Of a stretch of 64,000 nucleotides of DNA, positions 38,234-52,105 are shown one piece after another (the first letter of the stretch is position 1; each line of letters starts with the position of its first letter). The notes under the pieces were generated by a model. That model searched no databases, was not told where the DNA came from, and was given only the letters and a program-made list of their open reading frames with translations. The stretch covers positions 71,364,001-71,428,000 of the forward strand of contig CM052816.1 in NCBI GenBank assembly GCA_028534125.1, given 5' to 3'. Source of the stretch: Lama glama. Taxonomy: Eukaryota. A program made the position numbers and the translations under genes.

Positions 38234-38529
38234 GAACAAGAGATTCAGGCCACGAGTCCTGCCTTAGCTTGCTGACGGAGGTGAGCAGTCGCCAGGACTG
38301 ATCCAGGGGCACACGGGAACTCTTCTTTGTAATTTCTGAAAGCAAAACGATACCAAGTTCAAAAAGAACAAACTGCTATTTCTGCATTTTGAAAGGTAGA
38401 AGTTTAGGTGATTGCTTGTGGGTATAAATGCTTGAGGATTTAAAAGTCCAGAAATGTTCCTGCTTCAGACAAGACTGGGCCAGTTGTTCAGACGTTTTGC
38501 TGGGAATCTCAAAATCTCAAACCCTATCC

Positions 38530-38620
38530 CTCTCTCTCTCTCTCTTTCACACACACACACACACTTTTCTTCTCTCAGTCTCTTTCTCTCATTTTCTCTC
38601 TTTCTCTCATTCTCTCTACT
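38530..38620. repeat. (TC)n/(CA)n compound low-complexity tract
   Basis: Read directly. Confidence 0.85.
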
Positions 38621-39799
38621 CTCCCGCCCCCATCCTGTCTTTTCCTCATTGACCAGATTTTCTCATTTCTCAAGTCTGTTTTTGCTCTGTTGAGTTCATA
38701 TTTCAAAACTCAAAATTTAACCTAAAGGTTCTAGGAGAAAAATAAGCAATTTAAGGCAGTTGGTAAAGTAATTTGCCTCTTAAGAATAAAGACTGGGCAA
38801 GCAGGAGCAGAACACTACTCAGGAAAAAAGCTAGTCCTGTGCCCCATAAACATTCTTTGAGAAAATGAGTTGACTTTTGAGTTATTTTAACTTTAACTTA
38901 ATTTTATTGTGTCTGCTTGTGTTTGCAAACACTGCTGAGACTCTTTGCGTAACTCTTGCTTTCCGTCAAATTTAGCAGTGAAATTAGTGTGAAAACTCTG
39001 AATTATAGGTTCTGATTGAATCAGCATGTAGCAAGCTAGCACTAATTGATTTGACTGCAGATTAGAGGCAGAACGTTTTTCGGAAATATGTTGCTATCCG
39101 CGTAGACATAGCCTTAGCGTGAACTGACACCATCTGTCAAGGTCCACCACGCTTACCAAATACAGTCTGATCACGAAATAGCAAAGGAGGTTTTTTGATA
39201 GATGAGACACCTAAATATATTCATGTTCTTTAAAAAATAAATCTCTGGATAGGTCATTAAAAACCATACTTCAAAATGGAAACTGACAAGCCAAGAGAGG
39301 GGAAGTGTGGCTCTATTGTTGAAGCTCGCTATAGCTCTCACACCATTAAAGATGGGATTTTGATCCGCTAACGAAAGTGACGTTTTAATTTTACTGTCTC
39401 TTCTCACCATCCTTCTTATGCTGACAATTTGTAGTCAAAAAAGAAGAAATCACGCAGATAATTTGAATATTGGCTTTTGTCTTCCCTTCTGTCTACTTTT
39501 TCCAAATAGATGAACTGACAAGTGATGCCTCGGTTTATCTAATCTCAACAAATCTCTTTTTGCGCTGCTCAGTAGTATCACTTGACGCTTTTCCCAAGCT
39601 CATTTATGTTAGCTTGCAGAATGTTCCTCTACATAGATTTTATATAATATGAATAAATTATTTAGTATGGAATTTAAACATATAATTAAAATGAAGCAAC
39701 ATATTAGTTTCCACTAACACTTAATAACTTCTAATGAAACAAATAGGGGCTGTTGCGATATAGTCATTTAAATGATATTTTTAAACTGTGCTTCTGTTT

Positions 39800-39876
39800 T
39801 TTTTTTTTATTGAACTACAGCCAATTACAATGTGTCTTTCTCTGGTGTACAGCACAATATCCCAGTCATGCGTATG
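39800..39876 (-). mobile_element. Short L1 3' terminus with perfect 17-bp TSD
   Basis: aaactgtgcttctgttt at 39783-39799 and 39877-39893; the insert is homologous to the 27538 element's terminus. Confidence 0.9.
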
Positions 39877-40499
39877 AAACTGTGCTTCTGTTTAACGTTT
39901 CTTTCCATGACTTTTGCTACTTAGCATAAAAGTTTGAATACAATCCTATATACTGTCTTCTCCCAGAATATAAAATCTAAACAAGTATTTCTCTGGATGC
40001 ATGTGTGAGATCATATATTATGCTTTATGAAACTGATAGTCTTTATGTGGTATTAGCAAAGTAAAATTTTAAAGTTAAAAATCATACATATGTGTAGTTA
40101 ACTTTTTAAATGATGATATATATATGCTATTTATAGAGACCTCACCTTGACAAGCGCAGCACAGTTAGTTTTGGGGGGGGTGTATGTTAGCTAATAGAAA
40201 GTATCTTCATCAGTATGTATGTATCTTTTATTTTCCAAATTTATTATAATGTTCTGTACTCGAATTTTTTTTTCTCTTTAATGTTTCTCAAGAATTGTCC
40301 AGAGTAACACTGGGATATCTTAATTATCTTATTTCAGTAAATGGCTGTAATCGAACTCATTTCACCACATCTCTACAGTTGAACATTTAAGTTGCTTCTC
40401 GTTTTCCTTTTCTATTTCACAATAATGCTACAGTACCCATTTCTGAATGTGTGTGTGCATGTCTCTGCACGTGTTTCGTGACTTTCAGTTACTAATAAG

Positions 40500-41960
40500 G
40501 ATATCACGTCCACAGGCTGCTGACTCTTCTTCCCTAGCTCAACCTGGAAATCTCACAGAAGTAAAAGAGAAGTATATTGATTTGAAGAACTAAAGTAAAG
40601 CTGTGAGAAATCCTTAAGGAAGTGGACAGGACAGAATGGGTGTTAAGTCCCAGTGGAAGAGCCGTGGCAGCCGGAGGCAGAGGCAGCCCTAGGGTCATAG
40701 TCAGCAGGAAACAGAGTTGGGGAGCTTTTCAGTGCCCCTTTCTCTGCCGTGTTTCCTATGGGATAACTCCCTGCTGTCTCACTGCTTCAGAAAAGTAGAA
40801 AAGTATTGGGGCCAACACAGCTTTTAGCATGTAGGCAGCAGGTGAGTGAAGACCAACTGGTTCCTGAATGTTCTTTCCTTTCCCCTTACTTCTGCACGAC
40901 AGCTGTAATCAATGAGAAATCTCTTTCAACATAGAGCAAGGTCAGGCAGAGGAATCCAAGTTCCCCAAGGGACAGAATCACTTAGTGAAGAGAGAACAAG
41001 CAGAGTTAGTCAAACCCAGCCTGTGATCTGCCGGGGACATTTTCCAGGGGCATGCTCCACTTCCAAACCCACCAGATACTTTTCAAGCTAGGGCTTGGTA
41101 CTGCTACCCTTTATAACACTAGTCAAGGTGACCAATGTGCCCAGGGGAAATAACCTCACAGACAAAATAGTCAGACACAGAAGACACAACAGGAATAAAA
41201 GAGAAACAACAAAACACTCTATACTGGGCTGGATCAACCAGAATTAATACAGCAGGTAAGACCAGAATTGTTTAAAGACTAAATCCATGGAGATGCTGAT
41301 AAAATGAAGAAAGAATAGTCATTAAAAAGGCACACGGGTGATAAAAAGGATGATAGTTGAAATAAAGAACACACATATGAGCTAAATGGAACAAGGTAAA
41401 AGCCAAAGAGTGAATTTTGAAGCTGGAAGAGAAATTGTAGAAGGCAGCCAGGAAAGGCAAGATAGAAAATATAAAAGAATGTTAACAAATGTGGGGGTAG
41501 GAGTAGAGGTAGCAAAGATAAAATAGACCCAGAATAATAGAAAAAGCTGTTTTTAAAAAAGGATCAGATAGAATGAAGAAATGATGACAGAATTTCAAAG
41601 AATTAAAAAATAAAGGATGAGTATCTAATATTGATGAGATACGGTGTCAAACAGAGTATATGGAAAAGCCCACACCTAGTCAAATTCGAGTGTCATACGA
41701 ATACAAGAAAACCAGAAGGAATTCTAAAATTTCTCGTAGGAAAGAGATCACCTAGAAAGCAAAGGTAATTAGATGGATGGCAAACTTCTCAACAGCGCTA
41801 CTAGAGACGAGAAGATTTTATGGATTATTTATAAAGTTTCTAAAGAAAAGAACTTTGGAGCCAGAATTTTATATATAGCTAAATGTTCCTTTAAATATAA
41901 GAGCTCAGCAGTGTGAAGCTTTGAAAGACTTAAAGATTTACTCCAAAAAACCTTGTTTGA
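40500..41960 (+). mobile_element. Ancient L1/HAL1-like 5'UTR and ORF1 remnant
   Basis: cccacacctag, aaacttctcaacagc, ccagaattttatatatagctaaa ORF1 motifs. Confidence 0.55.
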
Positions 41961-44900
41961 CAATAAATACCTGTGCAGCAAGAACCGCCGTAAGATGAGA
42001 TGAGCATCTAAAGTGATGTTATGAGACTTTATGGAAACTTTATAAAATGCCACCTGCTCCAGTAAGGTGGTCCATCAAGTACATCCAATGTATCCCATAT
42101 GCAGAACAGCTCTGGCCCAGTGTACCTAAAGCTGAAGCTAGAGGAGGCAGCTGGACGTCCTGTTCATCTGATGTAATCACCTTCAGCTCTGCAGACTCCT
42201 GGGTCAGATCTGATCCCCAGTAACTTGAACCATTGCCTCCCCTTGTGACTATTGCTACCTCCTGTATTTTGACTGCACTGACTTCTTTCTGTGTCCTCTA
42301 AAGGCCCTGTTTCATCAATAAATGTTTGGATTTTACTTTTAATTTAATCTGATATTCCATAATTTTCAACAGTTAATTTTAAGCCATTTATATTACTGAA
42401 ATTTTGCATTTATTTCTGCCCTGTTATTTTGCATTTTATTTTAACCATGCTTTCTTCTTGACTTTTTTAAAAAACCTTTTTTTTCCATCCTCTTTGAGAT
42501 TAAAATGTTTTTATTCTCCCATAGTTCTAAATTATATGTACTAGTTCTCTTTGAAAATATTTAGCTTTATTTTAATAACAAGATCCCAGTGTTAATCACT
42601 ATCTCCATTTCCCCCCCTGGAAAACACAAGCTAGTCAGTTATTCTGGGGGCCCAGCTTTGAACCCATTCCTGCCTGAGGCACTTTTTAACCTGCTCCCCC
42701 TTAGGGTGAAAGCAAGCTCCCATAGGCTTACTGTAGAACTTACTTAGGTTTCCTCTCTATTTAGAGTTTATAGAGATTTTCCCTTAGTTTTGGGAAATAG
42801 CTACACACTTTTAAATATTTTCAATATTATATTCAATACTTTCAGTATTCAATATTTTATTCAATATTTTCTTTTTTTGTTTCCAGCAGAGATGGGCAAT
42901 TTCAATATAAGCAAACTCTATCACTTTTACATGAAATTTGAAGAATTAACATGTCTATATCTTTTCAATTTCCCTATCTCAGGATATGGTATGCCATCTG
43001 TATATTTAAGAATTATTTTCTATAATATATTTTATATCTTTATAAAATATATGACTTTACCCACATTTTAATTGAAATATTATAAAAAGTTAAGAAATAA
43101 GAACTTTTGCACAACAGAATAATTTTTTTTAAAAACCCACATATGTAAATAAAACCACACAACATATATAAAAGATAAATAGATACTCATATATTATACT
43201 AAACACATTAAATTAGTTACCTGTGAATGTGACTAGAAAGGATATGAAAGTTAGGATTACAGATAAAGGAATAAAATCCATAAGTAAAATGGAAGAAGGA
43301 CCCTGAACAATGATGAAAATAAAATGGGAACTATGGAGAATCATTATCTTAATTCTTTGCCCCTGATGCTTAGCATACATCTATATTGAGTTCATGTGTA
43401 TAGCTTGCAAACATGTTTTATTCCTGTATTCGACTATGTAATTCATCTTTAGTATAACAAACAGCCATGTATTTAAATAACTCATTAACAAGAAGTGTGA
43501 GATGAGAGTTACTATTTCCATGTTCATAATGACTTGTGGTTTTGGTTCTGTTTTAAGTAATACAATTCAAGGAACCTGAACTTGATGTGGAATTTTGATC
43601 TACCGATTAATTCTTTCACAAAAAAATGTTTAAAAAACCAACTTGTCAAAAGCTGAAACAACTTACCCAATGTTAACATCAATGGTCATTGAACAGGACT
43701 ACAAAAGGAAAAATCTTAAATATTTCTTGGGCCCCTAAGTAATTATGAAATCTCACCATTCTGCAACTGCTTAATATAAAAAATGCGCATTCTTTATCCT
43801 GGAGTGGGAAATCTCAAACTTTTTAACTGTGTTCTGTGAGTTTCTGTTTGTCTAGATAACCCACTTTTCCTTTAACTTGAGTCCAAAAATCAGAATTTTA
43901 GAAATATCTTGACACTTTTACTGATTTGTAGGAGAAATTTGAGGATCACATTTATTTTTTCTCAGTTTAAGATTTTCAAAGCAAGCAATTTATTCTCACT
44001 ATGTGAGTCATAGAAGTTTGAAATTAAATAAGGAAACACTTACTTTTCCAGTAAGTATACATTGGTGGCATCAGCATATGAAGTCTTAATTTATCAACAA
44101 ATAGGGACAAGACCCAAGTCACATTCTAGACTTCTTTTTATGTGCCTTGGATAATGTATGTAGAGGGACATTTGTGACAGAGAGACATTTGCTCGATAGT
44201 GGAAAGTCCACATTGGGAGCCAAGAGAACTGCCTTTTAGTTTGGCTGGGCTAGAAATTAACTTGTTAACCAAAGATAAACTTCCTTAAAACTTCAATACA
44301 AATTAAGGGACTTCAAAATTCTTATTTGTAAAATAGAGGGACTGAACTGGATGCTTGCTAAGGAATATTCTCTAGTTCTACTATTTCATGAGTCTATAAA
44401 TACAACTTACAAATTGTTAAGCCGTGAACCTTTTATTGGAGATTTTCTTTCCAATGAAATATATTTAACAACTGGATTTGGTTCTTAGCGCTAATATCCC
44501 TCAGCTCTAAGACTTCAGATACTCATCTTCTCCAAAACTGTTTCTCCAAATGTTAAAGATAACAATAACTAACTAGCAGAGACAATTTGGACACCAACTG
44601 TAACAGTCAAAAGTACCTACACCATAATTATAAGGAATGTATTGAATATTTCTTGGCCCATAACATGTGCTTAATGTATTATTAATAAATTATTATAATT
44701 TTATTAGTCCATATTCAACAGATGAATAGAAGAGGTGCTTACTAGTGCATTTTTTAAGACAGTTAATTAATATATATGATCTTTAGAATTATAAAACTGA
44801 CCAGAAGTTAGGCGTATTACTTAATTACAGTGACTGCCAGCTATCTCTTAATTTCACATTAAGGATTACCAAGAGTGGATGTCTCATGAGCCTGGAAGGA

Positions 44901-45781
44901 ATAGGGACGTTCACGTATGTCTTGGTGTTTTACAAATAAACTCCTATCAAATAAGAATAAAAATAAGCAAAATACAAACCAATACATTCCACTTTAGCTG
45001 GCATTCTAGACTAGAAAGACGTTTAAGGAAATTGGGCAAGTTGTCTTTCTCAAAGTGATCCAGTGACATTTAGAAAAGTCTTCTCTGGTGGGCTACTTAT
45101 TTATCGATAGATTTCTAACCTGCTGAACTAGTTTATATTCAAAGGAGCATATTGCTGTAATCCATTCTCAAACACACATGAAAGAATATAGTCATAAACT
45201 ATAAAAAACTGAGAACAAATTCTTTGCAAGATTACTATCAAAATTAATGCATTAAGGATTTACATTTAGCATACCCCTCAGAATGGCTTGTAATAGCCCA
45301 GGCTGAAATAGACAGCTATACTTTCCTACAAGTTGAATAAATTTCCGTAAGTTGAAGAAATATTTGAGCCTCTAGTTTATTCACTAATGATAAACTAGTG
45401 CAAATGTCACATTCTTGATAATCATTTCAATTATCACTGACCACATCATTTATTTGTGAACCAATATGAAAGAAAGTAAATCATACTGAAGAAATGGAGA
45501 AATCCAGGAAAGGCAGATTGACAAAACATAGTTAACTATAAGTTTAACTGCATGAACTAATTTGAAAGCAAAATGAGTTGCTTCAAGGAAAAAGCCTTTG
45601 TATAAATGTAATAAGATGTTTTACTAAGTAGTATTGATTATGAAAATGAGAAAGAAATATTATTATCTTAAATTATAGGGAAAAATTAAGGAAAAACATT
45701 CCCTAAATTTTTGTGAGTAGATTAAAATATTCCTTGATGAAGGCATGAGAAAATCTTCTTAAAACAAAGCTTGATGTGATT

Positions 45782-45985
45782 CAGGGGTTGAAAACCTTTT
45801 TCTGTTAAGGGCCAGATAGTAAATATTTTTGGTTTTGTGGGTAATAAGGTCACTGGGTCATAAGGAGGGAAGAAGCCATGACAATGTGTAAATGAATGGG
45901 GATGGCTGTATTTCAATAAAGCTTTCTTTATAAAAAGAGAGGTAGGCTGAATTTGACCCAAGAGCTGGAGTTTGAGGATCTAGGA
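45782..45985. mobile_element. MER58A-like hAT-Charlie MITE
   Basis: caggggttgaaaacctttttctgttaagggccagatagtaaatattt...gtaaatgaatggg...atttgaccca. Confidence 0.8.
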
Positions 45986-46738
45986 TTTAACTGACTCTCC
46001 TTGGGGTAAAGTGAAGAAATACAAGAATAACTAAAAGACTTCATTGTCAATTTACTATTCTCTCCAAACGTAGAAAAAGAAAGAACCTTCAGGTTTTCTG
46101 CAGTCTTTGTAGTTTACATTAGATGACTATATTATGTAATGGTTGAGTTTATGATATGAAAACTATTATTAGGTTCTTTCTCAGTTTTTGAAGGAAGTCA
46201 TTCTTTTTAGCCATTCCTTTCCCTTTCTTTGGAGGAGGCCACAAAAGGAATGGACATTGAGGAAAGAGACAGTGGACTCTGAAACTCCAGTAGCAGGAGG
46301 AAAGCGAATCCTGAGAGGCCAGGAGTGGGCCAGTCCACGAAAATGTATAGACAGCGGTATGGATGGGTTAGTGACTGAGAGAGAGAAGGCTGCCAGAGAA
46401 CAAGCACATACCTGGCTATTTCCTCCTCCAGCAGCTGAGACAGTAACACAAAGCCCAAAGGCCTTCAAGAAAATCATCTTCTCCAAGCCTTTGCCTTTAG
46501 ACAATTAATGACACAGAGTTAAGAACTCCAAACCCCTCTGGAGATTTTACCAGTATTGAAAGGAAACTGCAGAAGAAATGCACTTGAATGGACACCTCAG
46601 TAGTCTGAAGAGTTAATGATCATCACATGGTCTCAACATATTACCAGGAGTGACAAGTGTCCTAGGGAGAATGGGACTCCCTAGTGGTCAGCTCTCCTTA
46701 TGCTTTTATTGGACTTTTTTCCACATCATTTAAAAACA

Positions 46739-46878
46739 TTTTTTTAAATTTTTATTTATTTCTGTGGGAGAGGTAATTAGGTTTATTGATTTTTTAATTT
46801 TTTTTTAATGGAGGTACTGTGGATTGGACCTCGTGCATCCTAAGCTTACACTCTACCGCTGAGTTATACCCGCCCCCC
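46739..46878 (-). mobile_element. tRNA-derived camelid SINE (same family as 7001)
   Basis: Reverse complement reads ggggggcgggtataactcagcggtagagtgtaagcttaggatgcacgaggtcc...cagtacctcca...aataaacctaattacct. Confidence 0.85.
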
Positions 46879-47210
46879 CATAGTATTTTTTCTTAAAAAA
46901 CAATCTCCTGTCTTTCATTATAATAGGTTTCAAATGTAAATATGATTACGCCAGCACAATACAGTTTGATTAAAATATTTGCTAGGAAACTGCATTGCCA
47001 TCTTTTCTCTACTAACACACATTGACATCCTTCATGGGAAATTGGTTCAAAGTGTCTAAGATGGCTACTTTAAAACAATAAAACAAAGGTAAATTATGTC
47101 TACAGTTAGCACTTCTTCAGGACTCATTTCTAATTAGGATATACAGAAACTAGATACAGAGTATAGGTGACTTTAGCTGTCAAATAAGTGGAATCATGCT
47201 CGCTGAAATT

Positions 47211-47298
47211 TAGGTGACCTTATAATGTACTGTTCAAACTGAGACAACAAGTAATTATATCAAGGCAACAGCTTGAGACAGCACATGTGACCACTCTC
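47211..47298. mobile_element. MER94-like hAT remnant
   Basis: taggtgaccttataatgtactgttcaaactgagaca...catgtgaccactct with degenerate TIRs. Confidence 0.45.
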
Positions 47299-47375
47299 CT
47301 TAAAGTGAAGAAATTGGTGGTGCTTATGCAAATGGGTGACCAACACATGCAACAGGAGAAAGATTATTCATTAAG

Positions 47376-47480
47376 ATATATACATAAGCATAAATGAATC
47401 CCTATGCTGTAAAACAAGCAATTAGCATAACATTGTAAATCAACTATTCTTAAAAAAAAATTAACCCTGAAAAAAAAAGA
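47376..47480 (+). mobile_element. L1 3' terminus (artiodactyl type)
   Basis: tgaatccctatgctgta...aacattgtaaatcaactat plus A-rich tail. Confidence 0.7.
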
Positions 47481-50309
47481 GGAAAGGGGTGAAAATGTGA
47501 AAATGTTTTTCTTCCAAGTCATATATCCAAATATATGTATAAATCACACTTTTAAAATAAATATGCATGAGTATTCAATTAATTGCAGTTGTATGGAAAA
47601 TACATTATCTATGCAAATAAATCAATAACTTAGGTACATAATAAGGAACTTATAACACTCATCTTATGCCAATTAATATTCAACATATAAGAATAAAAGA
47701 TTTATTTACATTAGTTAATTTGAAGTACTCCATCCAATAAGAATCAGGAGAAATTTCTCTACCGGAAAGGGGAATGGACTAGAATAGAAATCTTTTCCTT
47801 GCTAAGATTTTGTGATAAGCCATTGCATCTGTTGCTCTAAGAAGAATCACAAGTCTGGTCACGACACCAGAAACTCTATTCCCCATGGGTTACAAGATGC
47901 GTTTCTGCGGGCAGAATTCACGGTAGTTCTATGTCTCAGCCATATGTGCACCTTATGGCAGGACCACCTGTTGTGAGTTCTGGAGCAGAAACTTTAGTCC
48001 AGCCTTCTGCTTGATACTCTACATTTTTTCACACTCATCCAATTCTTCTAGAAAGACATGTTGTCTATAAGCAGTTATAAAACTCTTGCAAAAAGCACTA
48101 GCTTTAGGGATTGCATTACAGTTCCTGAGTTTCTGAAACGTTTGGTCACTATATACATCTGACACTCAAGCCCCAGTAACAGATTTTTAAAAATAAAAAG
48201 GCAAATGAATGTACAGACATTATGGGCTCTTCAGTGACCACCTGGGTAGGTTTATTGTACTTAGTATACTGACTATGGGTAAAGCCCACATACGAGGAAT
48301 ATAATTCTGGCAAACAGTATTCCCCAACAAGAAATGGGACAGTTCACTGGTGGGTGCTTGAATTTTACCAAAGCACCTTGAACTATTTTTCGGACACTTT
48401 AGGACTGACAAATCTGAAAGACAGTTTCCCAAGTATTAGTCCATGTGTGTATTTTAATGGGACTTTAATCCTCACAAGTATTTAAATTAAGTTATATTCA
48501 AATCATCAAGATGTTTCCCAAGACCTATAGGATATTCTTTAAAAGCTTAAGAGCATTTTCATTAGCTCTTTTGTGTTTGTATGAATCAGAAAACTGTCTT
48601 TCACCTTAGGCTAATTTCTAAAAGGTGCTTCAGTCAAGCTTTAGTTGAACTGAAATTTTAGAAAAGGTTCTTAACTTGCCAGAATACTTCTACTATTAAA
48701 ATATTATCAAATGGAAAAGTATCTATGGATTTAGCATTGTGCTGAGAATGAGAGGGGCTACATATGTAATACTTCTGCCCTGTGAACTTACGACAAGGCC
48801 AAAGGCCAAGAAGCACACACTAAACACTCACAGAATTTGTATCTACTGGTATGGTTTTTGAATCCTCTGTATCTGCATTACTTGTGTGTTTATTTAAAAT
48901 GCAGTTTCCTTGGGAACCTCCTCTGAGATTTGAATTCTTGTATGTATAGATATCTGATAACACAGATGCTAATTAGTGTAATGCAGCAAACAAATCTAGA
49001 AAATTAAAGGTAAGTGAAAGGCTTAAGGATGAGAATAAATTGGAAGATTTTGTGGAGAAGCCAGAACTGGGGCTAACCTGCTGAAGATGGTTTTGGATAT
49101 GCAGAAAAGAAGAAAGATCACATATTTAGGTTTAGCCCAAACCATGAGCTAGAATATGGAGTTAGGACTCACTAACTAACAGTGATGATGAGACCAGTCT
49201 AAGTAGAGTGGAGGATTCATGGTAGAACTGCAAGAAATCATACAGAGAAAAGCCAAGTTCTATAGGGAGGTCTGTTCCAGACAGGGGAGCTTAGAGCATG
49301 CACTAGAGAACAGAGGCCAAAATAAGAAATTGGGTCTAAGAAAATCAGTCCCATAGCTCTGTGTGGGGTGGCTTGAGAACAGAAGCCCCAGTCGTAGGGA
49401 CACAGGTGAGGTGATGTTTCAGTAATTCAGGTGGAGGATGATTATAACCTTGATCAGGCAAGACCAGCTTGCCTGACAGTGTGGAGCTTCCAAGATCTCC
49501 AACAACAAAGAGACATGATCTTAAGTCCTATTAGAGGAAATAGACAAGGAAATAGATAAACTTGATAAGTTGACAGGACATTCAGCGGCTGCTATGGGAC
49601 ATTAAGGAGAGACACCTCCAGGCTGAGAGGAAGATGAGGAACAGGGACCAATCAGAATGGGCTTCTAATAGGAGACAGGGTTCACATTGATGTAATGTCA
49701 AAATTTCCCTCCAGCACTCAGTCAATGGTGGGATTTACCACTGGAATTACCAGTGTATGGTTCCAAGACTACCCACTCAGAGCATTAAGGCAAAATAAAA
49801 CGGCACTTAGAACAAGCACTACAGGTCTTCCATCTCCTGATTGCCTTTCTTTCTGCCCGTGAGTCCCTCTCAGCTAACTAAGAATATGCAATTTGCCTCA
49901 TCCTTGGTCTGTTTCTTTGGGAGTTGATTCTCCTAAATTATTTTACATACTGGTATCTTCCTGTCAGTCAAATTCCCAATGCTTGTTCATTCTAATCAAT
50001 CAAATCATCTATCTCTGATATCCCAGTTTACTAAGAATTTAAGACTTATTTATAGTACTTGAATTTAATATAAGTACGATCACTATTTAATTGAATACAG
50101 GATGGATAAATTAGCATTTCATCATTCTGTAGGTAAAGGTGGAGCATTCTAAATGTTTTAGTCCTACCAGTTTATTAGTGTAACATCCTTTCTTTTAAGT
50201 AAATATAAGTTCTAGTTTTAAAATAAGTTTGGTCCACTTCTATTGGTACTTCTTCAGTTTTACCTGACAGTGATGTACCTTATAAGGGCAAGTTATTCAA
50301 TCAATTTTA

Positions 50310-50535
50310 CATCATCATAAGTGTGGTTATTCTATGCCAGGCACTATTTTAAGCACATTGTGAGTACTATCTCTCTTGATACTTGCAGCGGTTCTCTGGG
50401 GTTATCTTATTTACGTTCATTTTACAGATGAAGTAAGTTAAATTATTTGCTATTTGCAGATAGAGTAAATGTACAAGCTAGTTTTGAGCTCTGACAATCT
50501 GACTCCAGAGATCATGCTCTTAATCATTGTGTTAC
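50310..50535 (-). mobile_element. MIR SINE
   Basis: ctatgccaggcact...catttacagatgaag...tctgactccagag. Confidence 0.65.
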
Positions 50536-51057
50536 AGGGCTTCCGTTACACAGAGGACCCAAATTGTTCACAGGACAGAAATTGTATCTTAAGGAAGGAT
50601 ATATGAATCAGAATGAATTTGCCACTAAAATATATTCAATATAATGTTTATAACATATTCTTAATCACTTTAAAATATGAATATCACATATCAAGCAAGT
50701 ATGTGGGTTATTTTTTAAAATATAAATTAAAAAGAAAGACAAATTGTCACAAATGTTTTAGTGATGTTTCTGAGATTAAATATTATAAATTTAACCTTGA
50801 TGACATTTTTTTTTTGCCAGAACATAACTTAAAGCTTCAGTTTAATGTGTCAAGTTCTTAGTGACAATTACTTCCTACTGGTAATTGTGATTTTAAATCA
50901 AAAAGATAAAAGGTGTTCACATGGCATCAGTTTAAAAATCCTGAATGCAGTACAAACATAAAAGGAATATTAGGAGCATTTGGAGGGGTTAATATAATCT
51001 AAATTTAAAGACAAGTTAATGTATACCTTTGTAGAAAAATAAACATTAGTAGATCCT

Positions 51058-51140
51058 AACTGAAAAATTGTGCTCTACACTGGAATTTGATACGATTTTG
51101 TAAAATGATTATAAATCAATAAAAAAATGTTAAAAAAAAC
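51058..51140 (+). mobile_element. 83-bp L1 3' terminus with 15-bp TSD
   Basis: acattagtagatcct at 51043-51057 and 51141-51155; insert aactgaaaaattgtgctctacactggaatttg...aataaaaaaatgttA8. Confidence 0.92.
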
Positions 51141-51768
51141 ACATTAGTAGATCCTCTCATTCAGGCCATTGATAAAAAATCATTTTCTAAAATTATTTTT
51201 ATACAACTACTTAAAAATTTACTCTGGCAGCATATGGCCTGAGAAGTATGTTTTTACAAGAGTCCAACCATAAAAAACCTACCGTCATCCCAGACAGTCA
51301 ATTACAATACAAGTAAAGTTATGCCTTCTATATACCTGCTTAGGTATTTCTCTTTAATGTATTTATATCTCTTTACTCAATGCTATTTTTAGGTCATTTT
51401 TAAATGACCAGATCCACATTCACCAAGGTGACATCCAAATACAGAAACTTTTATCACACATATTGAATCTACAAGATGAAAATGATGCTAATTCCTTTAA
51501 AGGAGTAGTGGGATATAAATGAATCCTGCCCCATCACCCTTGTCAACAGCCCTTATACTCACATCTACAGAGATGCGGAAGTGAGGAACCCAGATCGGGA
51601 TTAGCCTGGGGTTAACAGAAGCAGCACGAGGAGCTTGGGGGAGACCATTCAGGGATTTAGGAACCTTTAAGAGCACAGTAATTTGAAGATCAATGATGAG
51701 CTGTTGCTATGAAATGTTCTGTCTCATGCCTACACCTGCAAAGATGTATATGATCTTCCACATGCTAG

Positions 51769-52105
51769 TGTTATGAACTGAATATTTGTGTCCCCTAAAA
51801 TGCGTATATTGAAACTCTAATGTGCTGGCATTTGGAGGTGGGGCCTTTGGGAGATAATTAGGTTTAAATCAGGTCATAAGAGTGGCATCTCATGATGGGA
51901 CTAGCATCCTTATAAGAAGAGACCCAGCCTCCTCTCTCCCCCTGTCCCCATGTGAGGACGACCATCTGCAACCCTCCCTTGACCCGACCATGCTGGCTCC
52001 CTGATCTCAGATTTCCAGCCTCCAGAACTGTGAGAAATAAGTGTCTATTGTGTAAGCCACTCAGTCTGTGGCATTTTGTCAGAGCAACCTGAGCAAACTA
52101 AAACA
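51769..52105 (+). mobile_element. ERVL-MaLR solo LTR (MLT1A-like)
   Basis: tgttatgaactgaat...tttggaggtggggcctttggga...ccagcctccagaactgtgagaaataa...aaactaaaaca. Confidence 0.9.

Noticed and set aside
46181..46508. Overlapping ~107-aa ORFs on both strands
   Set aside because: No recognisable protein and non-ATG starts; may be an old LTR-like repeat.
49454..49476. 9-bp stem hairpin tcaggcaag-accag-cttgcctga
   Set aside because: Short isolated stem expected by chance in 64 kb; not pre-miRNA length.
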